A stretch of DNA of 64,000 nucleotides from a virus. Below the pieces are notes generated by a model. That model searched no databases. It had not been told where the DNA came from and saw nothing but the letters and a program-made list of their open reading frames with translations. The stretch is taken from IMG/VR virus record IMGVR_UViG_3300034105_002232, one strand, 5' to 3'. Positions within the stretch are counted from its first letter, which is position 1; every line of letters begins with the position of its first letter. This document shows positions 37,997 through 48,755 of this stretch, piece after piece. A program made the position numbers and the translations under genes.

Positions 37997-39181
37997 TTAA
38001 ACGTTAAACCAACGTCCAACGGCGGCACTATACATTAGTTTAATTGAAACAGAACTAGTAATACTAGCTGAATTTGCCCAAGTATTGGCCAATCCATAAA
38101 CTGAAGTTACACCAGGAGTCATGTTTGAAACAAAACAACTGGTAATTGCTGTCATTGTTGTAAATTGTAATTCTCTACCATCTTCAACTGAATTAGGTAG
38201 TGTAATAAACAAGTTGGCTACAGTTCCAGTAGGACTTGCGTTAGCAATAAATCTGTTGTAATCTACGTTTGCACGAAGATTCTGCCCAGTAACTACGTTG
38301 GCCAAGAAATAATCTGGGTTAATAATTCCGCCATTGGTAATTAAATTACCATTAACAAAAATGTTACCGGCCACACCAACACCGCCCGCAACTACCAGTG
38401 CACCAGTAGTAGTACTGGTTGAGCCTACATTTGAGCGTACTACAACGTTGCTACCAGTAGTGTCGTTGATGGCCGAACCCAATGATACATTGCTTGCAAT
38501 GGTTGAATTGTAAGTTGAAACAGTTAATCCATCTAATGTTAAATTACCAGTGATACTCATGCCTGACAGATCAATGTCTCTGTTTCTAATTAGATCCTTG
38601 ATACCAATTGTGGTGCCACCATCAACTGTGAAGAATTCAAAAAGATAGTCTGTGTTGTTGGCGATTTCTGCACTGCTAAAGGTTATAATTGGTGGACTGG
38701 TACCTGCCAACCCAGCAATTGAATCTGGATCGCCTAAAGTACATGCAGTTGGTAACGTCAATGTATAACTGGCGTTTGTGTTGTTGACCCACAGCTTGAT
38801 GCTTGCATACTGATTGCTGGTATTGGTAGGAAAGCTAAATGCAAGAGTGGTTGATCCGCTCATGGTAATTTTTTGGAAATTGCCATTTGTAAAATTAACT
38901 GTAACACTGCCACTCGCACTACCTATGTTGTTGTAGTTTTGTCTCCAGGCAGATAAGCTTGGGTTACTAATGGTGTTTCCGGAGAAATCATTGTCTAATA
39001 CTGTATTGGTCAATGCACTCTTCAAGACTGCTTTGTTCTGCAGATCCTCAACTTCGGCTTTGACATATACTAAATTGTTTCGAATATTGGTAAAATTGTC
39101 ACGAAAACCTTGACTGTCATTGTCTTGGCCTGCAACAGGATATGTACCATCAATATTATTTGGATTTACTTGGCTTGTCAT
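37997..39181 (-). CDS. Virion tail/baseplate-associated protein
   Basis: YPVAGQDNDSQGFRDNF N-terminus; T/S/N/G-rich beta repeats. Confidence 0.65.
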   Translation of the reverse strand: MTSQVNPNNIDGTYPVAGQDNDSQGFRDNFTNIRNNLVYVKAEVEDLQNKAVLKSALTNTVLDNDFSGNTISNPSLSAWRQNYNNIGSASGSVTVNFTNGNFQKITMSGSTTLAFSFPTNTSNQYASIKLWVNNTNASYTLTLPTACTLGDPDSIAGLAGTSPPIITFSSAEIANNTDYLFEFFTVDGGTTIGIKDLIRNRDIDLSGMSITGNLTLDGLTVSTYNSTIASNVSLGSAINDTTGSNVVVRSNVGSTSTTTGALVVAGGVGVAGNIFVNGNLITNGGIINPDYFLANVVTGQNLRANVDYNRFIANASPTGTVANLFITLPNSVEDGRELQFTTMTAITSCFVSNMTPGVTSVYGLANTWANSASITSSVSIKLMYSAAVGRWFNV

Positions 39182-42100
39182 TTATACGAATACTCCATTT
39201 TGTGGGAACTTGATATATTTATCCTTACTTTCGGGTTTGATATATTTGTCTCTATTGGTACTAAACGCTGTTCCACCGCGTATACCACGACGACCTGCTT
39301 GAATGTCTTTTTCACGTACACAGCAACTACCACCGTCAAATGTGGTTTCTGCTGTTCTAATTGTGGTAGCAGTTGGTATAAAGTACGGAACTGAACCAAA
39401 ATCTCCAGTGGTATAGCTCAATATACTGGCCGGATAACTCTTACCTGTTCTAATAGACACTGACTGATTAAACAACACTTCGGACACAAATACCAGTTGA
39501 AGTTCGCTGTTGTCGCCTTGATCAAATCGACTGTAATATAGATCCGGACTTTCACTGTCAAACCCAACGTTGTCGTCGTCAAATCCCAAGACTGGCAGTG
39601 CTCTAAACACCATTCTCCATAATCCGCTTCTAAGGTTAACAGTTGATGTCTGACTAATTTTATCTAAATAGCCTGGAATTACAGTGCCGTCACTGTAGAC
39701 CCATCCATCGTAATCTTCACCCGCAAATCCAAATTGTGTTTTAAAAATAATTACTTCGTTGTTTAGGAAACTGTATACTCCGTCAATCCATAAATTATCT
39801 CTTACCACAGTCAACAAAGAACCATCAATGGTGTTAAAGGATTGACTCACTGCATAGTCTGCCTTGGCTTCGCCAATGATTCTAATTTCTGCATTGATGT
39901 CAGAATTGACATCGTTTGACAAATAAAGTTGATCGTTGACAACATTAGTTACCACGGTATTGGCTGGTATTTCGCTGGCAGCGTCTCTACTTTCAACCAC
40001 CCACCCAAGACCAACTACAACACTGTCGGGTATACTGATCACGTTAGAATTAGTAACAGCTTGGGTCACAGTTGTTATTACAATATCTCCACTGGATTCA
40101 TTGGTATACTTGTCAAAGGTAGTGTCTCTACTTGGCTCAAATTGTCCTGTTGTGGGATCATAAAAGGTTGAAAGATAATTGTCCCATTGATATCTGTCGG
40201 CTATAAAAGTAAAATTGCCTGAGTTTTCTTCTAGACTTTTTTGCAATCTATATTTGATCAGTTTAGAAGAGCCAACTTTGACATAGGCCAAAATAATAGC
40301 TCGGGTCAATCCCAACACTAGCCCGTTTTCTTGAACACTGGTCATCCACTTGGGCAATGCGCCACGATTGGTGTACCCAACAGTGTTTTCGAATCTGGTC
40401 TGCATGTTGTTAAAACTGTTGGGATAGATTGTTTTGTATTCAGTACCATTAAAATAAAATCCATACTGAACATCCAGTGCTGTTGATATTTCTGGGCCAA
40501 TGGTATTGTATGCTTGATTGTCCTGGGCATCTACATAGACCACTTCGTATACTGGTACACCTTGAGGATCTTTGGCCACGGCCGTTTTTAATGTGCCAAA
40601 ATTAATAACTTTATTGTAATGATTGTACTGTATCGCGTCTACAAAAGTGGCAGCTGCCGATGGACTTAGGCCTGGCAGGAATAAGAATTTAAATGACTTT
40701 GCAACACCAAAGTTTGGATCATCAGGTCTATAGATCAAGTTTGGTGGGAACACAGACACATCTGTGGTAATGGCCTTTAACAAGTTACGTTGTTCTATAG
40801 ATGGCAGTGATTTCAAGTAAACATTTTCGTAAGGGGCCAAATTGTATGGTACGACCTTGACAGTAAAAGTTTTTTTACTAGATATAGATTTGTCAATGGC
40901 TTCGGCCTTGACAGTAAACGAACTCAGTTGGTCAAATGTGGTTGCTCCGCCATCAACTGCAGTTGAAATAGAATTGGATGTGGTACTAACAACCTTGGTT
41001 ACGGTGATATTGGTAAATGTTAACAGTGTGCCTTGGCTGACATAAATGGCTGGACGAACTTCAATGGTGTTGCTGTCTACAATGGCAGATATTTTACAAC
41101 CGGATGTTACCCCAGGCCCTTGCACCAACATTCCTACTTCTAAGTCTGTGGTTGACACAATGTTTAATTTTGCCGAGGTTCCATCCAGGGAAAAATATCT
41201 AAATGTGGTTCTTCCGGTGAATCTGCCAGATCTTAAAAATTTTAAACCTTGTGGCGTTTTACGATAGTTTTCAAATACTATGGTATAATCTAGCTCTTTG
41301 CCCAGGGTGTTATAAGCATCAACATAAAGTTCGCTGATTGCTCCGTTATCCATTTCTCCTAGATCTGCAGGCGAAGTCCAGATGATCTCTTCGTTTAATG
41401 TTCGTTTGACTGTGATGCTAAACGTAATTTCATCGCTGGCCAGACCTGGTTGCAGTGTGCGATATGCACGAATTTTAAATTCGTAAGTATTGGTCTCGGC
41501 AGTAAACGTTGGATCTTGCTGCGGTGTAGGCAACGTTCCTATTGCCCAGCCAGTGTCTGAGTTGATAGACAGGCCTATAGGCAAGCCAAATGCACCTTGA
41601 TCAAACAACAAGGTATCAAAGCCATAATTTACTTCAATAAACGTTACTTCTATATTGTTTGTTGCACCAGGAACTGCAGACACAAAGGTCAATTGGTCGC
41701 CTGTCACAGTATAACCTGTTGTGGCAGTCAATAGTACGGTGTCAAGCCGGACAGTAATTCTTCCAGCATTTAAAGGAGTTTGATTCAGAGTGTAAGGACC
41801 AGCTGTACCGTTGCCGACAAATTCTTGAACCTGGAGGTCTTCATTGAGATCAAGGTCGTCCATGCCACTAAAGGCCAATTCGTCAATGGACCAAGAAATG
41901 TCTGCATCTTCGGGGTCAAATGCTAAAAATCTATAAGCAAAGGTGGAGCCTGATACCAATGTTGGTAAACTGTCCGGAGCATTGAGTATGATAGGCCGAT
42001 ATTTGTCATCTGCGTCAATTGATATAAATGTATTGTTAATAAAAGTGAGATCATTGTCTGACGTGAAACTGCTCTTGCTCACAACCAGGATTCTAACATT

Positions 42101-42721
42101 CAGTGTGTCAAATTTAATACCATCGCTGACCTGCAATGTAAAATTGTAGTACCTGTCACGACTTTTAATCAATGGATCGTAGATCTCGTAATCAACTGGA
42201 ACAGCATCAAAACCCAGTAGATCAGGATTGGCAGCAATAATGTCAACAAATCCAGACAGTCTACCTGCTGTGGACAAGCTGGTACCCGGCGGTAATTGCC
42301 CGTCTACGATTTTCCATTCTATTGTGCCTGTAGAGCTTTCGTTGGCCGCTTCAAATTGGTAATCTAGATAAGTACCGTCAAACCATGCACCTACTAGGGT
42401 GTTATCTAATAATATCTGTGGACCAGTTACATTGCTGACAGTGACAGCAAAAGATCTGTCTGCCACTACTCCGTCGGGATTGGTGGCTCGTACCACAAAG
42501 GCAGATATTTCATTTTTTTGATATTGATCTGTGATTGACGGAGTACCTTGCAGCCTTCCGTCCCTGGTCAGATACATGCCGCCAGGCAATTGACCACTCA
42601 AGAAACTGTAGAATAGTTCTTGCTCGGCACTGTCAACAGCCACAAGCTGGTAAGAGTAATATTGTAACTCCGGGATCACTCCCACTGTTCCGGACTTAGT
42701 TGACCAAGATACCACGCTCAT
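39182..42721 (-). CDS. Large baseplate/virion protein with Ig-like repeats
   Basis: Repeated GQLP.G..L...G.L.G putative Ig motifs; 1179 aa. Confidence 0.7.
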   Translation of the reverse strand: MSVVSWSTKSGTVGVIPELQYYSYQLVAVDSAEQELFYSFLSGQLPGGMYLTRDGRLQGTPSITDQYQKNEISAFVVRATNPDGVVADRSFAVTVSNVTGPQILLDNTLVGAWFDGTYLDYQFEAANESSTGTIEWKIVDGQLPPGTSLSTAGRLSGFVDIIAANPDLLGFDAVPVDYEIYDPLIKSRDRYYNFTLQVSDGIKFDTLNVRILVVSKSSFTSDNDLTFINNTFISIDADDKYRPIILNAPDSLPTLVSGSTFAYRFLAFDPEDADISWSIDELAFSGMDDLDLNEDLQVQEFVGNGTAGPYTLNQTPLNAGRITVRLDTVLLTATTGYTVTGDQLTFVSAVPGATNNIEVTFIEVNYGFDTLLFDQGAFGLPIGLSINSDTGWAIGTLPTPQQDPTFTAETNTYEFKIRAYRTLQPGLASDEITFSITVKRTLNEEIIWTSPADLGEMDNGAISELYVDAYNTLGKELDYTIVFENYRKTPQGLKFLRSGRFTGRTTFRYFSLDGTSAKLNIVSTTDLEVGMLVQGPGVTSGCKISAIVDSNTIEVRPAIYVSQGTLLTFTNITVTKVVSTTSNSISTAVDGGATTFDQLSSFTVKAEAIDKSISSKKTFTVKVVPYNLAPYENVYLKSLPSIEQRNLLKAITTDVSVFPPNLIYRPDDPNFGVAKSFKFLFLPGLSPSAAATFVDAIQYNHYNKVINFGTLKTAVAKDPQGVPVYEVVYVDAQDNQAYNTIGPEISTALDVQYGFYFNGTEYKTIYPNSFNNMQTRFENTVGYTNRGALPKWMTSVQENGLVLGLTRAIILAYVKVGSSKLIKYRLQKSLEENSGNFTFIADRYQWDNYLSTFYDPTTGQFEPSRDTTFDKYTNESSGDIVITTVTQAVTNSNVISIPDSVVVGLGWVVESRDAASEIPANTVVTNVVNDQLYLSNDVNSDINAEIRIIGEAKADYAVSQSFNTIDGSLLTVVRDNLWIDGVYSFLNNEVIIFKTQFGFAGEDYDGWVYSDGTVIPGYLDKISQTSTVNLRSGLWRMVFRALPVLGFDDDNVGFDSESPDLYYSRFDQGDNSELQLVFVSEVLFNQSVSIRTGKSYPASILSYTTGDFGSVPYFIPTATTIRTAETTFDGGSCCVREKDIQAGRRGIRGGTAFSTNRDKYIKPESKDKYIKFPQNGVFV

Positions 42722-44928
42722 TATAGGATCACTGCCTCAATTATGTTTGTGCCGTTGTTGGTGTTTACTTCAAGACTCTTGGCAAAAATTCTAACACCAA
42801 ATCCAGTGTCTGAGCCAACACTTCTGGCATAGCCTGGAGTGGTTGAGGTCACCAGCAAATCACCTTTGGCCACTGGTCCGGAAACTCTAACTAATACTCG
42901 GCCTCTCAAGGCCACTGGCAATCCACTCACAGCAGCATTCATAAGATATGCTGGATTGGCACTGATTACACCAGCCACACGATGATCGGCAAATTCATTT
43001 GTGACTGTAATTTCGGCATCACCGCCAAATACCACCACAGTACCAATTTCGTAGTTATCATCTGCTACATAGTTTTCTGCCAAGTCAGCATATTGTGCCT
43101 GAGTTGACACGCCGTACAGCGTACCCCACCAGTTGGTAGTAGATCCTAAGTCCTGGGTAGTGTTAGCGCTGGGTATAATCCATCCTGCTGTGTAAACATT
43201 TCCGGTTATGCCAGCGCCACCTTTGATAATCAATGCACCAGTAGAATCTGATGTTGCAGAAGCAGTATTGCTCACAATCACTGCACCGTTTGATACTATC
43301 CTAAGTCCAGCTGCATAATCAGCCCACGGCGTAATAGTTAAGTTTGCATTGTTGCTACCACCGTTGCCTGAAAAATAAATTAACGAATCACCAATTCTTG
43401 TAGACGGATTGTATGCACCGGCAGAAGCATTTGCAACAAAACTAAAAAATCCAGTGCTGTTATACAATGACAAATCAGGTGAACTGCTTGATACTGCCGA
43501 TGAGTTAGTTATTTTTACCGCACCTGTCGCATCAATGGACTTGCCAGCACTACCGCCAATGTACAAATTACCAGTAGCAACACTGATACCACCAGTCACT
43601 TGTACTGCACCAGTTGTGGTGCTAGTGGCCTTGGTATTATTTCCAAATTGCGTTACAGCGTCGCCACCAATCCTGACAGTGGTTGCGGTTGTATTGAATA
43701 ATTCACCAACTGCGGTAGTGGTCGTCACAGCAGCAGCAGTGCCGGTATTAATAGCAATGTTTGCAGTGGTTGTTAATACACCAGCCAAGGTCATTGCACC
43801 GCTAAAGTCTGTGTCGAATGCCCAAATCTTACTATAACGAGTGCTAGTACTAGAACCAATTGTGTAGGTCAGATTTGTTTCTGGTACAATGTTTCTGGAA
43901 TTAATTTGTCCTTGGACTGAAAGCCCAGTTAATGTGCCCAGGCTGGTGATGTATGGTTGTGCAGCAGTAAAAATATTACCCTGCACGTTGGCACGTACAT
44001 TGCCACCAATGTTGGCCTGAAGATTACCAGCCCAGACGTTACCTGCAACACCAATGCCGCCTTTGACCGTTACAGCACCAGTCACTGCAGATGTAGATTG
44101 TGTAGTATCGTTAAAGATAGTGGCCAACCCAATGGTGCCACCATCAAATGCTTGTGCAGCAGTTTGTACCGGACTGCCGTTGATATAAATGGTATCTGCA
44201 CCGGCAAAGTTCATGTTGCCAATATGGTATCCAGTAATTGCAAGGTTACCAATGTTGGCAAAAGTGGAAACAACATTGCCTGCTACATACAGGTTACCAG
44301 CAACACTGGCTCCACCTGATACCTTTAATGCACCGGTCACGTTGCTGATTGACGATGTGGTGTTACTGAGCAATAAAGATCCAAACTGCACATTGCCTGG
44401 AGTACCAGCGGTGATAATGTTCGCTGAATCGGTTATGTCATCAAGATAAACCAAACTTCTAGTGGAGTTCTGCCATCCCAGGAATGACTTGAACTCGGCT
44501 CCTTCGTAATATTGCCATTCAAGTCCGATGTCTTTGGCGTCGTCAGTGACCAATGGTGTAGCAGAATAGTGTATTTGTAAAATTGGCGAACTGGAATTTT
44601 GCGAGGTTTGGGCCAGCTGAGTCCCGGACACTGTCAAGTTACCAAAGATTGTAACATTACCAAAAATTAATGCGCCGTTACTTTGGACTGTTAAGTTGCC
44701 TGCACTAGTGATAGTATTGGACACAATTGAGTTGGCATTTACCCAGGTGTTTGAATAGATGTATCCTGCAGTGACGCTGACTGCACTGATAATACTAGAT
44801 TGTGTTCCAGCAAACAATCCACCGTTGATAAAGTCAAAATTGTCATTGACTGTGTCAAAGGCATTCCTGATTACATCGCCGGTACCGTCATTTGCTGTTG
44901 CTCCTGTATTAATTAAATTAATTGCCAT
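42721..44928 (-). CDS. Tail fibre with C-terminal autocleaving chaperone (peptidase G2-like)
   Basis: N-terminal ANDGTGD; STTTGA.V.GG repeats; QYADLAENY..GVIS..PVALRGRV. Confidence 0.75.
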   Translation of the reverse strand: MAINLINTGATANDGTGDVIRNAFDTVNDNFDFINGGLFAGTQSSIISAVSVTAGYIYSNTWVNANSIVSNTITSAGNLTVQSNGALIFGNVTIFGNLTVSGTQLAQTSQNSSSPILQIHYSATPLVTDDAKDIGLEWQYYEGAEFKSFLGWQNSTRSLVYLDDITDSANIITAGTPGNVQFGSLLLSNTTSSISNVTGALKVSGGASVAGNLYVAGNVVSTFANIGNLAITGYHIGNMNFAGADTIYINGSPVQTAAQAFDGGTIGLATIFNDTTQSTSAVTGAVTVKGGIGVAGNVWAGNLQANIGGNVRANVQGNIFTAAQPYITSLGTLTGLSVQGQINSRNIVPETNLTYTIGSSTSTRYSKIWAFDTDFSGAMTLAGVLTTTANIAINTGTAAAVTTTTAVGELFNTTATTVRIGGDAVTQFGNNTKATSTTTGAVQVTGGISVATGNLYIGGSAGKSIDATGAVKITNSSAVSSSSPDLSLYNSTGFFSFVANASAGAYNPSTRIGDSLIYFSGNGGSNNANLTITPWADYAAGLRIVSNGAVIVSNTASATSDSTGALIIKGGAGITGNVYTAGWIIPSANTTQDLGSTTNWWGTLYGVSTQAQYADLAENYVADDNYEIGTVVVFGGDAEITVTNEFADHRVAGVISANPAYLMNAAVSGLPVALRGRVLVRVSGPVAKGDLLVTSTTPGYARSVGSDTGFGVRIFAKSLEVNTNNGTNIIEAVIL

Positions 44929-44948
44929 GTTTTATCCATTTTACTTAT

Positions 44949-47582
44949 TTAACCACCCAACAACTTCAATCTTTCTGCCAGCTGATCCAATGCATTGCCT
45001 ATAGTACTCACGTTGCTAGTCCAATTTTGGTAATTGCCCATGGTGTATCCAACTGCGCCTAAACTGATATTACCTATATTGGCATCAAGCACAGGGATAG
45101 TAATACTAACAATATTACCTATATTGGCATCAAGCACAGGGATAGTAATACTAACGATATTACCTATATTGGCATCAATGGTAGGAATAGTAACACTAAC
45201 AATATTACCTATATTGGCATCTAGTCCTTGAACACTTGACGCTCCGTTATTATAAAAAACATCACCAACAGTGAAAATGCCCTGAGCAGCAACGTAAAAA
45301 GGACCATCTTTAGTCAGACCTGCTACAGAAGTGTTAGCGACAAACCATACATTGCCGTCGGTCCTAATAGCGGCATTACCACCTATTACAGTCAAGTATC
45401 CGTCGTGTGCATATTCGGCTGTGCCAGTGTCACCAGCCGGCACAACAAAATTGCCGGACCAGTTACTGGAATTCATTCCAATGTTTAAATAATTTGCAGT
45501 ATCACTGCCATCATCGGCTGTGATCACAATGTCGCCCGAAGCGTCAGCTCCAGAATTGGTGTTTTGTACCACCAATTGATAATAGCCGTTGACATTACCA
45601 GTAAACACACCGGCCTGATTAGGATACACAATTGGGGACGGCGCACCAACTATTAACGATCCAGTGGCTGTGATATTTGCATTAGCTGTAATATTTTCTG
45701 CCTGTACATTGCCGTTAAAAATTTGTCCGGAAATATTTGCAGAGTAGGTCTGTAAGGTTAGTATATCTGCAGTGTTTAAACCGGTATCATAAAGAAGCGT
45801 ACTTATATTGGATTGTTGAGTGGCTGCATTTGCAGTTAACGTGGTGATACTGGCTGCCTGGGTTGCTGCGTTTGCAGTCAACGTGGTGATGTTTGTAGTA
45901 GCAGTACCTAGGTTTGCATCAATTGTTGTCAACGATGTTGCCTGGGCTGCTGCATTGGCAATCAAGGTGTTTAATATACCCGACTGTGATCCTGCGTTTG
46001 CATACAGAGCATCAATATCCAATGCTTGGGCTGCAGCATTTGCAGTCAACGTGGTAAGTGTAGTTGCCTGGGTTGCTGCGTTTGCATACAGAGCATCAAT
46101 ATCCAATGCTTGGGCTGCAGCATTTGCAGTCAACGTGGTAAGTGTAGTTGCCTGGGCGGCTGCGTTTGCAGTCAACGTGGTGATGCTGGTTGCTTGAGTG
46201 GCTGCATTTGCAGTCAATGTAGATGCTTGTGTTGCCGCGTTTGTCCGTAAACTATCAATATCTAATGCCTGGGCTGCTGCGTTTGCAGTCAACGTGGTTA
46301 ATGTAGATGCTTGTGTTGCTGCATTTGCAGTCAACGTGGTGATGCTGGCTGCCTGTGTTGCTGCATTTGCAGTTAATGCATCAATTGCTAACGCTTGTGT
46401 TGCTGCGTTTGCAGTCAACGTGGTAAGTGTAGTTGCCTGGGTCGCTGCATTTGCAGTCAATGTTGATAAGTTTGCGTACTGGGCGGCTGCGTTTGCATAC
46501 AGAGCATCAATTTCTAATGTCTGACTGGCTGCGTTTGCAGTCAACGTGGTAAGTGTAGTTGCCTGGGCGGCTGCGTTTGCAATCAATGTGGTAAGCGTAG
46601 TTGCCTGAGCTGCTGCATTACTGAATAACGTAGTAATGTTGGCTGATAATATGCCAATGTCAGCAGCCTGGGCTGCTGCGTTTGCAGTCAATGTGTTTAG
46701 TGTACCCGACTGTGATCCTGCATTAGATAACAGGCTGTTAATATCCAATGCTTGACTGGCTGCATTAGATTGTAATAAAGATATTGCAACATTAGCTGCA
46801 GACACATTGGCCCGTAAGGCCACCATCTCTGTAGATTGGCTTGCTGCATTGGCAATCAAGGTGTTTAATGTGCTGCCTTGCGTTCCTGCATTGGCTTGTA
46901 ACGCAACTATATCACTAGTCTGACTAGCTGCATTGGCCGTTAAAGTGGTCAACGTGGTAGCCTGACTGGCAGCATTTGACAACAAAGAGGATATGTTGGC
47001 AGACTGAGTAGCTGCATTGGCAACCAGGGTGTTTAGTGTAACTGCCTGACTGGCAGCGTTTGCCTGTAATACCGCAATAGCAGCGTTGGCAGCAGTGATG
47101 TTTGCATTGATTACTGTCAAGTTTGAAGCAATTGCAGAATTTGATAATGCGCTAGTGATGCTGGAATCAACATAAGTCACATTGGCTTTGACACTGACCA
47201 GGCTGTTTATCTGGGTAGCCTGAGCAGCAGAATTGCTTTCAAGTGTGGTTATTCTTGCTGAATGATTACTTATAACTGCATTAGCAGCGGCAACATTTGC
47301 ATTAATTGAGTTGTATGTTGCGCCCGACACATTGGCTATATTTGCAGCAATTGCAGCATTTACATAGGCTTTACTAACGCCGCCAGTAATATCATTTACA
47401 GTTAGTACTACATTTCCAACACGTCCGGCTACAGAATGTACCAATACATTAGCGGCCGTAACTTCAACGTTGCCGCTGTAAAGTTCGGTGAAATTATCAT
47501 TAATTTTTGTAAATGCAACACGTAAGTCGTCGCCAGTTCCGTCACTAGCCGAGGTACCTACTTCAACAGTTTGTTTTGCCAT
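44949..47582 (-). CDS. Long fibre protein with 14-aa coiled-coil repeats
   Basis: N-terminal DGTGDDLR..F.KIN.NF; many ANAA(T/A)QA repeats. Confidence 0.75.
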   Translation of the reverse strand: MAKQTVEVGTSASDGTGDDLRVAFTKINDNFTELYSGNVEVTAANVLVHSVAGRVGNVVLTVNDITGGVSKAYVNAAIAANIANVSGATYNSINANVAAANAVISNHSARITTLESNSAAQATQINSLVSVKANVTYVDSSITSALSNSAIASNLTVINANITAANAAIAVLQANAASQAVTLNTLVANAATQSANISSLLSNAASQATTLTTLTANAASQTSDIVALQANAGTQGSTLNTLIANAASQSTEMVALRANVSAANVAISLLQSNAASQALDINSLLSNAGSQSGTLNTLTANAAAQAADIGILSANITTLFSNAAAQATTLTTLIANAAAQATTLTTLTANAASQTLEIDALYANAAAQYANLSTLTANAATQATTLTTLTANAATQALAIDALTANAATQAASITTLTANAATQASTLTTLTANAAAQALDIDSLRTNAATQASTLTANAATQATSITTLTANAAAQATTLTTLTANAAAQALDIDALYANAATQATTLTTLTANAAAQALDIDALYANAGSQSGILNTLIANAAAQATSLTTIDANLGTATTNITTLTANAATQAASITTLTANAATQQSNISTLLYDTGLNTADILTLQTYSANISGQIFNGNVQAENITANANITATGSLIVGAPSPIVYPNQAGVFTGNVNGYYQLVVQNTNSGADASGDIVITADDGSDTANYLNIGMNSSNWSGNFVVPAGDTGTAEYAHDGYLTVIGGNAAIRTDGNVWFVANTSVAGLTKDGPFYVAAQGIFTVGDVFYNNGASSVQGLDANIGNIVSVTIPTIDANIGNIVSITIPVLDANIGNIVSITIPVLDANIGNISLGAVGYTMGNYQNWTSNVSTIGNALDQLAERLKLLGG
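45067..45221 (-). repeat. 45-bp tandem repeat (DANIGNIVSITIPVL), about 3.5 copies
   Basis: atattacctatattggcatc at 45067, 45112, 45157 and 45202. Confidence 0.9.
45810..47090 (-). repeat. 42-bp degenerate tandem repeat (14-aa unit)
   Basis: Recurrent gcgtttgcagtcaacgtggt; near-identical 84-bp duplication at 45994 and 46078. Confidence 0.9.
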
Positions 47583-47638
47583 AAATCATCCTTGTACAAG
47601 GTATTTATGGCTTTTGTAGAGATTGGTTGTTTGGGCAA

Positions 47639-47962
47639 CTACACGCTGAAGCTGCTGCCGCATCCGCATGAAGTTACAGCCTGGGGATTGTCAATGACAA
47701 AACTGGCCCCCATTGTGTCTTCTTTGTAATTGACTTTGGCATTTTGTAGGTATTGCGCACTCATGCTGTCAACCAGCAAAGATACGCCATCAAAGTCCAT
47801 GGTAAAATCATCCTCGCCGGTTTCTTCGTCAAAGGTGAACCCATATTGCATACCTGAGCATCCGCCGCCCTGCACAAATACACGCAGTTTAAGATTGGGA
47901 TTATCTTCTTCTGCAATCAGTTGTTTGATCTTGCTCACTGCACTTTCGTTTAGTTCTATCAT
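47639..47962 (-). CDS. erpA: A-type Fe-S carrier ErpA/IscA
   Basis: [13 protein letters not shown] and CGCGSSF motifs. Confidence 0.9.
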   Translation of the reverse strand: MIELNESAVSKIKQLIAEEDNPNLKLRVFVQGGGCSGMQYGFTFDEETGEDDFTMDFDGVSLLVDSMSAQYLQNAKVNYKEDTMGASFVIDNPQAVTSCGCGSSFSV

Positions 47963-48510
47963 GCTCGGTCTCCGGCGTAAATTCTGCGATTGACGTATTC
48001 CCAATTTATAATACGCCATATGTTGGTTAGGTATTTCTTTTTATCAGCGCCATAATCTTGTATGTATGAGTGTTCCCACCAATCTACCAGTAAAGCAATA
48101 TCTGTGCGCTTGGCATGATTTTTGATGGTTTTTATCTGTCCACCACGGCTAAGATAAATCCAGTTTGATCCCTGCAGCTTCATTGCTTGTTCTGCAAATT
48201 CTTTCTTGAAATCAGTAAATGTGCCAAAATGCCTGTTTATCAATGCTAGGCTTGCACCACTTGGGCTGTTTCCATTTTTTGGTGCTCTAAGTTGTGGAAA
48301 AAAGATGTTGTGCAAATACGCACCTGCTTCGTTAAAACTAGCATCGCCCTCACCGCGATTATAACGATCAACGTAACCACGAGCCAGTTTACCATAGTGA
48401 TTGTCTAGAGTAGTTTTGCTCATAACTGGCGCAAGACTGGTCATGCTGTAGGGCAATTTCCTAAGCTCTAGTTTTGGTTTATCTTCTGTAAGATCAATAA
48501 TTTCACGCAT
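47959..48510 (-). CDS. sod: Fe/Mn superoxide dismutase
   Basis: LPY..LAP, HYGK, HN.FF, GSNW and DWWEHSY motifs. Confidence 0.9.
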   Translation of the reverse strand: MREIIDLTEDKPKLELRKLPYSMTSLAPVMSKTTLDNHYGKLARGYVDRYNRGEGDASFNEAGAYLHNIFFPQLRAPKNGNSPSGASLALINRHFGTFTDFKKEFAEQAMKLQGSNWIYLSRGGQIKTIKNHAKRTDIALLVDWWEHSYIQDYGADKKKYLTNIWRIINWEYVNRRIYAGDRA

Positions 48511-48514
48511 ACTG

Positions 48515-48733
48515 CTATTTATTACGATACACTATACGCCCGCGACTTAAATCGTATGGGCTCATTTCTATATCAACACTGTCCCCGGCCAGTATGCGTA
48601 TATTATTCTTACGCAAACGACCACTAATTGTGGCAATTATTGGGTGGTTATTTTCCAATACAACTCTGAACATGGCATTGGGCAGCAATTCCTCTACCAC
48701 GCCTGTCATTCTGATTAGGTCTTCTTTACTCAC
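48515..48733 (-). CDS. infA: Translation initiation factor IF-1
   Basis: [15 protein letters not shown] and [10 protein letters not shown] motifs. Confidence 0.95.
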   Translation of the reverse strand: MSKEDLIRMTGVVEELLPNAMFRVVLENNHPIIATISGRLRKNNIRILAGDSVDIEMSPYDLSRGRIVYRNK

Positions 48734-48755
48734 ACATTCCTTAAAAAACTATTTA

